Below are positions 26,601-37,936 of a DNA stretch of 64,000 nt, one piece after another. Source of the stretch: Tubiluchus corallicola (lineage: Eukaryota; Animalia; Priapulida); contig JAQGDQ010002377.1 of assembly GCA_030141605.1 (NCBI GenBank), forward strand, positions 310,001 to 374,000. The letters run 5' to 3'. The notes beneath the pieces are model-generated. The model had not been told where the DNA came from. It saw only the letters and a list, made by a program, of their open reading frames with translations, and did no database searches. How positions within the stretch are numbered: the stretch's first letter is position 1; the number at the start of each line of letters is the position of its first letter. A program made the translations under genes and the position numbers.

Positions 26601-27950
26601 TGTTGAACAGTGTCAAAAGTTTTTGCAGGTTTAAGAATATGCTACATACAATTGATTTTTTATCTAAACAGTGAAGAATATTTTCAATAAGTTCTGCTGT
26701 TGCTAGAGCAGTGGAATACGATTTTCAAAACCCAAATTGATATTTGGTTACTATATTATTTTTAACCAAGAATTTATTTAGATGCTTAAATATTACATTT
26801 TCAAAAATTTTAGCAATTGAAGAAAGGTTTAAAATTGGTCTGTAGTTGGATGGATTTTAGGAGAATCGGTCTTATAAATGGTAGTTACTTTTGCAATCTT
26901 GAGACAGTCTGAAAAAATACCTTGAATTATTGATCAGATGAACTAATACCGGTGCAATAACATCAGCAGACAGCTTATAGAATTTAACTGATATTTCAGG
27001 GCCTGGTGATTTGCCTTCATTTAGTTTAGAGAGGGCTGCTTTAATCTTACATTCTGTAACAGAATATAGAAAAATTGATTAGTTTAAAGAGGGAGGTAAA
27101 TTAAATTTAAAATTTGTATTGGAGGGTGTAATATTTTTTGCCATGTTTTGACCTACTGATTGGAAAAAAATTATTGAAACAATTAGCAATGCCAAGAGGA
27201 TTAGTGACAGTATTACCATTGTAATCTAGCTGCGTGGGTAAGATATATTTTTTGTTTTAGAGCTTCAGAACAGTACTGATTGTACTCCAGGTCTTTTTAA
27301 TGTTATTTTTGTTTAGCATAAATAAGTGGCCATGGTGTTTCTTCTTTGAGTTTTGTTTAATACGGTTGAGTTTATTTGAATACAGTTTGTAGTAATTCGT
27401 TTTGTATGCAGATTGTGATAATTTATGTGTTTTATAGAGCTTTGTTCTCGTGCGAATAGAAGTGAGAATGCCAGGAGTAATCCAAGGCTTACGAAAATTT
27501 ATCTGTTCTTTTTAGTGAGAGTGCAAAAGGGGCATGGTCATCCAGGCTACTTGAAAACACATCAGTAAAGTACTGGAAGGCATTATTTACATCTGGAATT
27601 ATTAATATCCCAGAAGTGCAGAATTTAGATCAAAGAGAAAATTTTCTAATTTAAAGTTTCTAGTGTCTCGTTTGACTATTTTAGTGACATTTCACAGTAT
27701 CTGCAATGTATTTACAATAGCAAAAATGGGTAAGTGATCAGCTAATTCATATAGGACTATACCGGCAGTGAGTGGATACTGTTAGTGTATCACTATATGT
27801 GATGTATAAGAGTTTTTGAGCGATGAGTCATGCGGGTTGGTTGTGTAATGACAGGAAAGAAACATTAATTCACCTTATTTTTAAATTTTTGATGGGATCA
27901 CTCGATCTATAAATAGCTGTCCCAAATTCTGATTCCAATAGGTCAGCCAT
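14626..27950 (-). CDS. MKS1: Meckel syndrome type 1 protein (B9-domain ciliary transition-zone protein), 557 aa. Exons 27950-27874, 24519-24330, 23747-23665, 23101-23038, 22067-21958, 21266-21138, 20570-20437, 20035-19896, 18741-18636, 17715-17455, 16430-16297, 15592-15450, 15059-15022, 14690-14626
   Basis: Recognisable segments throughout: [109 protein letters not shown]. Fourteen GT-AG exons sum to 1674 nt in one frame. Confidence 0.95.
16800..17226. mobile_element. Possible Kolobok-like MITE
   Basis: TTAA|AGGAAAAC...GTTTTCCT|TTAA: short inverted termini with a TTAA duplication. Confidence 0.45.
17743..18501. mobile_element. TA-flanked MITE with an internal 229-bp tandem duplication (17838-18296). 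Related partial copies at ~19001-19380 and, inverted, ~23290-23578
   Basis: Imperfect inverted termini TA|CACTAGTTGCTGCTTAATAAAA and TTTTATTAAGTGGCGGCTACTG|TA. CGAGAAACTATTGTTGAG... occurs at 17838 and 18067. Confidence 0.75.
25550..25800. repeat. Compound CA/CACG/TA low-complexity microsatellite
   Basis: Directly visible runs. Confidence 0.85.
25810..26587 (-). mobile_element. Truncated pogo/Tigger-type transposon with an N-terminal HTH transposase remnant
   Basis: The terminal repeat ...GAGTCTATTAAGCGGCGACTACTG|TA ends at 26587. The minus-strand, frameshifted DLTVKEKLKILEQYDKLPKMVQRCAAAQLKISQSTLGRILK resembles the CENP-B/Tigger HTH. Confidence 0.75.
26640..27860 (-). mobile_element. Degenerate CR1/L2-like LINE fragment (endonuclease end, linker, start of RT) in MKS1 intron 1
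   Basis: Broken minus-strand motifs PTRMT, DHLPIF, KPWITPGIL, KKTW, KSPGP, NYRPI, QFGF. Confidence 0.75.
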
Positions 27951-28000
27951 AGGCATTTTTTAATGAAATAAAACACTCAAGGTTCATATCAAGGTACCAA

Positions 28001-28014
28001 CTACTCTTGGTAAC
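28001..28014 (-). promoter_or_regulatory. Possible RFX X-box upstream of MKS1
   Basis: The minus strand reads GTTACCAAGAGTAG, one good half-site, 50-65 nt upstream of the ATG of a ciliary gene. The second half-site is poor. Confidence 0.3.
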
Positions 28015-28263
28015 AGTTTTAAATTCCGCACAGCATATGTAATGGTCTAAATCGTGCTACGGTTTAACTTTGCTCAGATTCTTGCCATTTAACATAGGGA
28101 GGCAACTAATAAAAAGTAAAACAAGAGTTCAGCGAACGCATAAAGCTTGGACAAGTAATCAAAAAATTCAACGAAAACAAAAATTTCGATTTTCACGCTT
28201 TGCCTTTGGCGCAAAATTTTCCAAGCGAAAACTTTTTTGCCAGGTGTTTTCGGTTTCAAAGCT

Positions 28264-31238
28264 ATGATCAAGAACCCGCTTTGTGCAACGCAGGTGTGCC
28301 TGGCTTACCCAGTCCAGCCTCCAGGTAAGTTACGTTGTTTTTGCTGCGTATGGGATTATTCGTTATTACGAATTTGTCCCTCAAATTTAAATTTTGTGGG
28401 ATTATTGGAATTTTGATAATAAAGTTAATATTAGTACTTTTGACTTTGTAATTTAACTTGTCTATCGGTATACTGCGCGAATTTGAACATAGTTCGATAA
28501 TTTAATTAGGTTTGATTTGTTAATAATGTATAAGATTATAATGGTCTTCAAATTTGTCTTGTTGGTGGCTTAGTTTTCGTTAAAGTTATTGTCCTTTCGT
28601 TAGGCTTTCTGGTTTGCAGTGTGTATGGGGAGCTGTATAAAGGAAGTTCTGTTTTCCAAGCTATATTATCCGGTATTATTATCATGTTTCCTTTATAGCG
28701 TTTTTTTATGAAAACTATTATTATCCTAAATAGCATTAAATATAATTACTTTGGTTTTTTATTATTTGTGCTTGTAGGTAGCAATGTCCGATAAAAAAGC
28801 ATCACCATCTGGTGCAACAGGTGGTTTATCAGTTGAAGACCTACGAGGAGCAACTGGAGGGCTGCTTGTCGAAGATCTGTTCAATTTGCCTGGATTTAGT
28901 GAAGCCCCACCTCCATATGAATTTCCTATACGCCCACCACCACCTCGCAAACAGCGGACACATGTAGCAAAAAAACAGTTAGTTGATTTGCCACTTGAAT
29001 CTAAAAACTCTGAGAAAAGTAGTAGTTCAGATAAAGTGAATGATGGCCAAAAACATGAAGATTCAGCTAGAGATGCATATGCACATAAAGGAGCTCGGCC
29101 TAAATACAGAACTTCTATTCCTGATGCAAATGTTCATGCATATGGTGATGCACTTCAAAAAAGCAATGGCAGCACAGATGAAGATATCCCTGATAAGGTA
29201 GCGGTGTGGTTGGAGACCGAACCAGACAAGCTTTCTCAAAAAAGTGAAGCGTCGTCTTTTCACAAAAATGATGAAGTTGATGATTATATTATTGAAACTC
29301 ATATACGTACAGTACCCCTCGCCAGAGGAGCTGACAATGCTCAGTGTGAGTGCTAAATATCCAGTCATTAGCGTAATTACAAATTTATAATTATAAATCC
29401 AAACTGTAGAATTAGTCATTTTTTATTTTGTTATCCTTGAAATAACTAATTTCTAAATGACTTCTCCATTTTTGAGTCAATTCATGCCATGTCTGACATT
29501 ACTGTGGTTCCAGTGCACACTTTAATCAAATGCTGACTTCAGGCTGTCAAGTCAAGATTATTCTTATGCTTTTTATTGTTTTGTGTGTACGAACGTGTAT
29601 CACACACGGAACGTTCATAAAATGTTTAACCATAAAGCTGTATTAAACCTTATTTGGCATTAATTATTCGAGCAGTAGTTTGGATTTGACAAATTTGCAA
29701 CATTTGCTTAAAAAATATTAGGTTCTTTGCGTTGATTCATCGTTCACATAATCAAAGATTTCCCATATGTAAAATGTCATAGAGTGATACACACGAAACG
29801 TTCTTAAAATGTTTAACCATAAAGCTGTATTAAACCTTATTTGGCATTAATTATTCGAGCAGCAGTTTTGATTTGGCAAATTTGCAACATTTGCTTAAAA
29901 AAATATTAGGTTCTTTGTGTTGATTCATCATTCACATAATCTAAGTTTTCCCATATGTAAAATGTCATAAAGTGGTTTTTAAGTCTGCATTTTCTTGCAA
30001 TTTCGAGAACTATTAATCACAGATGCATTTGTAGCAGATATACGGTCCGCTTGAACTGTTTGAACTAGAAGGTGCAGACAAAAACCAATCTATGACATTT
30101 GACACATGGGAAATCTTCGTTTACGCTAGTGATGTATCAACTAATTTCATCACATTCTTACAAAATATTTTTTCATTCCAGCGTGAATCATGAGACAAAT
30201 GTTGTAAAATTGCAGTTAGTATGACGTGCAGTGAGGGTTGATTAGCAAAGTTGGTTTTGTTGCCTAACTAATGTCCTTTGATTTGTTTCATTAAATTTGT
30301 TTCATTTGAAAAATGACATTACGATGCTGTTTGGTGATAGTGATCTCCGTATTCTAAATATTATTGCTTCTCACTTCAGATTACAGGGTTTACCAGCCCG
30401 ATGTTTACCAACAGACAACCATAGTCATCAATCCTATAAGTGGACTTGGGCCACATCCAACTACATTAGACTGTCCAAATTGTCATCATACAGTTATAAC
30501 TTTATTAGAAGAGACTGCAGGAACTGCAGCGTGGCTTATGAGCTTAGCTTGCTGTCTTGTGGGGTAAGTCTAATTTTGACAGGTTCAGCTAGCACTGTGA
30601 AGTTTAAATAGTTCATATGCGCAGTTATTAGTCTAAGTCATTTAACACAAAAGTAATGTGGACTCCGCAGATCCGGGTTCCATTCCCACCTAAGTTATGC
30701 TAAGATCTTAAAAATGATAACCCTGATTCTTTGATAAGAATGCAGATTTACTGTGTCAAAGTAATAATGCGTGGGACGAACAAGAATCCACCATAGGTGG
30801 CTTGGACTCATTCCTGCAAAATGCTCAACAAACGTATAGCAATTTTTTATTGTGTCTGCATCAACAATAACAGGACTAGTGACTTTGGGCCCATTCAAGG
30901 AACGGGTTCAGTAAGTGCTTTCTTTGCCACTTGAAGGCAGAGATAGTTTAGTGCCTGTAAAATGTGATGATATTATGGAGGTGGATGTTTTGACGATAAT
31001 CATTACCACTTTTGACCAAAACTCACAAGTTTTATTAAAATGTTGATGCGACATTTATAATTTGTTTCCTTAGTAGTTCACTCCAAAAGGACTACAAAAT
31101 TTAGAAACCAACTGCTTTTCTTTCAGTTTATGGGTAGGGTGCTGTTTGCTGCCATGTTGTGCTCCTGGTTTGCAGGATGTTCATCACATCTGTCCCACGT
31201 GCCGCTTTCATGTAGGAACGTATAGACGCATGGAATAA
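28264..31238 (+). CDS. LITAF-domain protein (LITAF/CDIP1 family). Exons 28264-28324, 28778 or 28782-29345 (internal ATG 28784), 30380-30563, 31127-31238
   Basis: CPNCHHTVITLLEETAGTAAWLMSLACCLVG|LWVGCCLLPCCAPGLQDVHHICPTCRFHVGTYRR is a LITAF zinc ribbon (CxxC, hydrophobic stretch, HxCxxC). PPPY lies in the N-terminus; introns are GT-AG and in phase. The start codon choice is uncertain. Confidence 0.88.
29601..29973. repeat. Two-copy tandem duplication, ~187-bp unit, diverged
   Basis: ACACACG.AACGTTC.TAAAATGTTTAACCATAAAGCTGTATTAAACC... occurs at ~29602 and ~29789. Confidence 0.9.
30620..30780 (+). mobile_element. Degenerate tRNA-derived SINE head in a LITAF intron
   Basis: A-box-like TAGTCTAAGTC, B-box-like GGGTTCCATTCCC, then a segment resembling the SINE core at 37085-37205. 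Confidence 0.35.
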
Positions 31239-34200
31239 ACTGCACGCTATAGCAGCATAGAAATCTGCTGTTACAGTAAATGTGCCCTTTGTTCTTAGTT
31301 GTTTTGGAAGTTACCTATCTAGCATGCCAAAAGACAACTAGATTAGAAGACTGACATGTATTATATCATCTTCCCTATCATTGTTACCGTCATCATGTAC
31401 TATAACATTTTTTTAAATGTGTGGCATTCTGGCAGAAATTTTTGTTCCTTTTGGCAGAAATTCTGCCAGGGTGTAAAAGTTGTAGGCAACTGAGTTTCTG
31501 TGCCTTAGCAACTAGATTCTTATTGGTTGTGATACTCAAATTAGTTTTTTTTTAGAAATAACTACGTGTGCTTTTGCAAAAATTGGTTATGCATAGTGTA
31601 TTTTTAACATTTAGTTACAGTACTGATTTTATAGTTTAGTTAAAAGTGGAGTAGGTACTTAGCGTATTTTGTATAATAATTGTATATACCAACTGTACAA
31701 ACTTTGCAAATGTGCAATAGAGAATCAATATTGATTTTTAATATGGTTTGCAATGAAATGGTACATGAATGCTGGCAGTTTTTTCCAAATTTGCAACACA
31801 TTTTTGCAGCTATTAGTTTCGTACTTTTTAACTGCTATACTTACTTTTACATTCTCATTTTTAAACAAAATTTATATTTTTTGTATAATTTAACATCAAG
31901 ACAGGGAGTTGCGAAGTACAAGTGAATGTTGTCAAGGGGTAGCAAACAAACGAAATGAGATGCGGATGGTATTGTAACCCATGACATTGGCCTAAATGTG
32001 GCTTTTAGAAAAGTATTTCTCAATATTTTCCATACTCCTGTTTTGCAGTGATATAAATTTTTGTATGTTGGCTTTTAGTATTTCACCTCCATGTTTTTCT
32101 ACCTCTCATGTCTGGCATACACGAGGCAAACTCTGTCTGCAACAGCTTGTCAGACACTGATTTTTTTGTCCATATGCACAATGCGTAAATACTGTTTTAC
32201 CAAGTTTGGCACATGGGTTTTTATTAAACGTGCTTAATTTTCTGTCTGACGTGGTGGTGTAGCAAGTACTTGTGGTATCCTAGCCTTTTAACATTTTGAC
32301 CATTTGTTTCGTTGATGAAGCCACAAATTGTGTGCGTTTTTTGCATCCCTGAGCCTGACTTTTCTTTTTTGACGTGATGGGATAAAGGTAAACAAATTTC
32401 GGCCAAGAATCACACTGAGTTTGATTTGCGGAACTGCACCACAGTAACTCTTTTCTATGCATTAGTTACGTGTAACACAACGGTCCTTAAACATTTAGCT
32501 CCAGCATTAAAACATGCAAAGATTGTCAAAGATACAGAACGCTACAGGTTTTCACAATAATGCAATCGGCATTTAGAGAAGTCACTGTTTCTTTCAAAAT
32601 TATCGATCTGCTAAGCCACACAACACCTTACACACGCTGTTAAGTAACAACACTAGCTTTTTTTCTAGGCTGGATGTAATAATTAGTCAGCTACAATGAT
32701 CTCTGACTAGGCAGTTTTGAAAACTTTTGTTATTTGCTTTGTTAGTGTTGGATCTGTGCTTAATAAATAACAGTTATTGAACTCTAGAAGAATTTCGCGC
32801 CCTCTCACCCTTGCACGCAGCAATCGCATCCATCTTGCGATGCCTCTAGTCTGACACAAACTCATCCTGCTCCCATGTGCAGGCTTGGCACAACAATTTG
32901 CATCAGACCATCAAAAAGTAATTGTTTTGTCCTGTGTTATGTAATAATTGTGTATTAAGGTTACGCATGACACAGGTTGTTTCGTACAAAAGTTGCCTTG
33001 TGCGGGGAAATTTTGTCTAAGACAATTTGCATTGATCAGACATTTCCCTAAAGACAGATTTTTTTGCTGTGTGCAGTTAGTATTAGATCTCACTGTTTAT
33101 TAGTTAAAGCACTAAATAATCATTGCAGGTTAAGGTTTATGTTTAAATATTGTACATTTACTTGAGAGCTTATGAGCGACTACTGTGAAGTGCAATTGTT
33201 GATGACTTTTCATTCCATAACGTTAGACTATAGTGTGATGTAAGCGTATTACACATGACTGCAGTATAACAGTAGAACTAGCAACTGAAGTTTCAAATTG
33301 TCTAACACTTATATTGGTTTGCAGATGAGCTGTGAGATTTATCGCAATATATTGGCTGAGGCCATTTGTTTCTTCGACAAATCCTCTCCCTCTGTCAGTA
33401 TTTCTGTGATACGCGTTTATCACGAAAAGTTCGAATTCATTATTTTAAATGAAGATAATTTAGATAAAAACATTTTAAATGAAAATAAAATATAGGTACT
33501 AAATCAATCATGGGCTATTCATGCAGTTATATATGGCAACTATAGATTTATAGTAGTGATAATCAAAATATTTGTCTAGTGAAATACTGTACATACTGTT
33601 GAAAAGGTCCTGCAGCCATTGCTGTATATCTTTTTATTCTTGTAATACCACTCATTAACAGGAATCTTTTGTAATATTTTCATGTGATGTTTTCTCCCTG
33701 CTTTTCCAGTTCTTTTGGCATTGTGCATAATAGTAAGCAGATTCAGTGTCTCGCAAACAATGGAGAAGCAGCTAACTCTAGTAACTTGAGTGTGGTGAGT
33801 GTATAATGTGCTTAGTTTGTGTATTTCTTTAGCGAACAGTCAGCTGCTCATATCACGCTTTCTAATTATTTGTGTGTGTATATATATATATATATATATT
33901 TTTTTTTTTTCTTGATAAACTATATATATGTATATATATAGGCTATAAGCCATGTTTGGACCAAGTGGTGGTAGCTAATATACTGTATAGCAATGATTAT
34001 AGTTGTATATATTTTAGTACTAAAAAGTACTGACTGTTTAATGTATATTTCGCATTTTCGTTTTATGCACCTATACATGCATTTTATGAAATCTCATTAA
34101 TGTGGATCTTATATCATTGTAATTTTTTTGGCTTTTCTCATTCCACTGTGCCATGAAATTACTTAGGATACGTTTTGTTGTGGTGATCAACTAAAGCTGT

Positions 34201-35675
34201 AATGACTTTATCCCCGTTAAGTAAATTTAAGCAAAAATTGGCATGTTTGTGGTCATAGGTCACCCTAAAGGTCATGTAAAGGTCGTCACTAAGATACGCA
34301 GGGCTGGAAAGACTCTAACACAGATTAAAAAGTTCAGCTGCATAATCTGCTGTATGAACATTATCTGCCCAATGCATAAATCGTTTGGATTTTCTTATAA
34401 TCAAGAAACACTAGTGTGGCTAACAATCCTGTCAAGAACAGTTATTGTAACTGCAGATATTAGATGTATCTAAACACACATTTTGTGAATAAGGGACTAG
34501 AGTTCGTTTAGCATTAAGTTCGTATTCGTTTAGATGTCTGTGCATTTTGTCATTAAATTTTTTATGATCTCTATCTAACATCAGCGCCTTTATTGTATGG
34601 TAATATATGACGTCCATTTTGTATGTTCATATTATACTTTAACAAAATGGTGACGAAATTATTTTTTTACTACAATAAAACTGTCACTTGTCTTTTTTCC
34701 TTTTTTATTTTTAAGTTGTTTGTATTTTTGTAATTAGAAGACGTACCATTGTGATTTTAGTTACAATTATCTTAGCCTGCATAGAGCCTGCGTTAGATGA
34801 ATATACTGGCTTACAATGTGTTTAATGTAAGCAAAAGTGAAAAATTGAGATCCGCGATTGCAAATTATCGGCCAACAATTAGCAATCGATTTTTATTACA
34901 GTAATAATTAAACAATTTGCCATAGGCCAGGCTATCTACTCCTATTATTGGCGCAGTATTTTATATTTACACCTTTTTTGTATAACCATATGGCATTAAA
35001 ATAATGATTTTCATAATAAGTTTGTTGCTTATACACGGCATATATATCAACGACTGCATTCATCTTTTGACCTGCTTGACAAGCTTTGTGCAGAAAGTGA
35101 TCGGTTCCTCTAAAGCTTGGCTAAACTCTTGTTAATTTTTGATTGGCGAACAGTGAATTCTGCCAGATGCCATATTCTGGTTTCATCATCGTCAGTATGT
35201 TAGGCATCAGATTATAACATTGAATAGCTATTAGGTTAAATCATGAGGTAGGGTAGAGCCCTGGGGTATGGCCTCATACAGCGGTATGCCGCACTGGAGC
35301 AGGCATAGTCAACTGATAACTGGTCACGATCCGCGAGCACCGTGCACACTGGTCAATGACACATGGGCGTAATCAAATAATCTGCAATTTTTTCAACCAC
35401 ACTAGACCAGGCGTAGCTAAGTAACAAAAACAGTGATGCTCACGCTCACCAGAGTAGAATTTGAATTCGTTCAGTTTTGCTCACATTAAATGACATCAGC
35501 ATTACATTTAAGTGAATATCAAGAAAAGTATTAAGCACAGCACTTGTAAACGGTAGATACGACGATAGCATGAACACCTGCGAAGTCATCCATTTTTTTC
35601 AGACGGTTTTTTTCAACAACGCGTAAATGTTCACGCATTTTTTGGGTCATCAAACGTGACCCTTTCAGTTGGTTG

Positions 35676-37903
35676 TCAAGCGTGCACTTTGTCTTTATCT
35701 TTATGACCATGAAACACTTTATTGAGAACATGAATTACTTGCTGAGCTGCAGCACTCGACCGGCGGCGACCTAAAATACAATGCAATAGAATATAACACC
35801 TTTACTTAATGTCCATTTTCACAAAATAAAACATAAACTGTAGGCTATTTTCACAGACAAGATTAAATACAATAAGATCTATTTACAAATAAAGTAGCAT
35901 AAAATACACACATCATCATTTACACACGCGGACTTTAATACCTAATACATTTCTCACACAAATGAATGAGCACATCCATTCTAACACACTCAGTCATTCT
36001 CTCATGCACTCATTCACTCTGGCTAAATTTTACACATATTACAACTACGTGAAGGTGATTGCCATTGATAAGACTTGAAAATTTTTAAGTTACTGCAAAA
36101 AAACAAAACATTTTAGCCATTATTAATTTTCGCTAAAATACATGCACGATACTACGTAGTCAATTAGTCATGCAGTTTCTACCTCTTTGCCAGTAGATAT
36201 TTTGCTACAGCTGCTAGTCCATCGTTAACAGTAAAAAAGGCCACAGTAACTGCTTTACACCTATGTGAGCAAAACTGCGAGTAAACCGCCTCTAAAATAA
36301 AATTAAATTCACCTCTTGATTCGACAACTTTCCGTCGCTTCAGTTCTCTGTGAAGTTCGTGGAATGATTCGACTACATTTTCGTCCCCGTCACTGGCAGA
36401 ACATTCAAAAAAACTACAGCAGAGTTCTTCTGCGAGAGCTTCGCCCTCTTCTTGCTTCACCTGATAAGAAATCCTTTCAGAAAAAAACACTACTCTTTTT
36501 TCTTAGATATTATTACGTGAAAGTAGGAGCAAGCTGCAAGTTTGGAATTCTTTATCATAAATTAGTTAGAATTACTCTTGTGTGAGCGCTCTAACATTGG
36601 AAATGCTGCAACTTGGTTGGCCACCTGTCAAGGATGAACTTTGGGCTGCCTTGATTATTGGGGAATGTGGTTGCCTATTGGTTTATGGACGATGCGTTGC
36701 AACCAGAATGTCCTGATTCAAATCCAGGCTGCATCCAGGCTATTTTAAACATAAGCTTGATAATTAATTACGTGTTAAAAACACACATTAACACCTTAAT
36801 GGTATAATGAGAGACCGATCAAGATAGAGCATTATTAAAGACTACCATTTGGAGTTAATGAAGTCATTTGCGAGTCCTGAAAAGAACTAAAGACAAAAGA
36901 CTTGGAGAAAAGCAACCTTCCCCACAATTGAATTTTTGTGATTCTCATCACAGGCGGCACGTTTAGCAGAAAGCGCCAAATATAATCATCTTTTTTGTTT
37001 AAAGTCGGCTCTTAATTCAACAGACAACACAAACTTGCCATGAGGCTTTCATCAACAAATTACACCTACATAGTAGAGATTATTATTACCCTACTTTTAC
37101 CCTAAATGTCACGCGCCAGGCTGGGCAACAACGGACACCATTTTTAAAGTCTTTGGCATTACCCGGCCGCTGTATCGAACTCATCACCTTCCAGACCTTA
37201 GCACTAGATTATATCTGACAGAAATTATATTAGTTAAGAGTGCTAAGTATATTAATTACTTTAAGGTGGAATATCATCAATCTAAGTAGACCTACATTAA
37301 TTTTCTTATAAAAACATTGTCACATTTAAATGAGTTAGTTGAAAACAAAATGCAACTCAATTATCTTGCGCTTAAACTGTAAGGCAATTATTTGTACATG
37401 CACAAAACTCACCTCTCTTATATGATCTAGATCTGCTTTATTACCAATTATAATGCAAGGCGAAGACTTGGTCCCTTTAATGTCGTCTATGTATAATTTT
37501 ATTGAGGCGATTTGTTTGAAACTATCTCTGTCATCAATACTGTAAACTAGCAAAAACGATTCCCCCCACTTCACCTGTCCCTCCTTGTGCGGAGTTTCAC
37601 TCTGGAAAATATTAAGTTAAAGTATAAACATATACACATTTTGATTTATAGTTATTATAATATTAATGACAAGATTATTATTAAGGCAACAAAATCGACA
37701 ATAGGAAAAGTGAAAAAGTTGAAATACAGTCTGAAATACAACTTTTTTACTTTTCTTGTCTTTCAAAATTTAATTAATTGTATGATAATTAATGCACATT
37801 TTAATATTGCACAGGACTAGCTTAGCAGGCCTAATTATTTTTGTTGTAACACACAAATAATAATAATACACATAGTATATACATAAATACATATATTTTT
37901 TCA

Positions 37904-37936
<33 letters not shown>

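Noticed and set aside
30038-30193. Open frame in a LITAF intron as an extra exon
   Set aside because: Its phase is incompatible with the flanking phase-1 junctions and it has no good donor.
36660-36740. tRNA gene
   Set aside because: Only degenerate A/B-box-like motifs and no convincing cloverleaf; probably an old SINE head.
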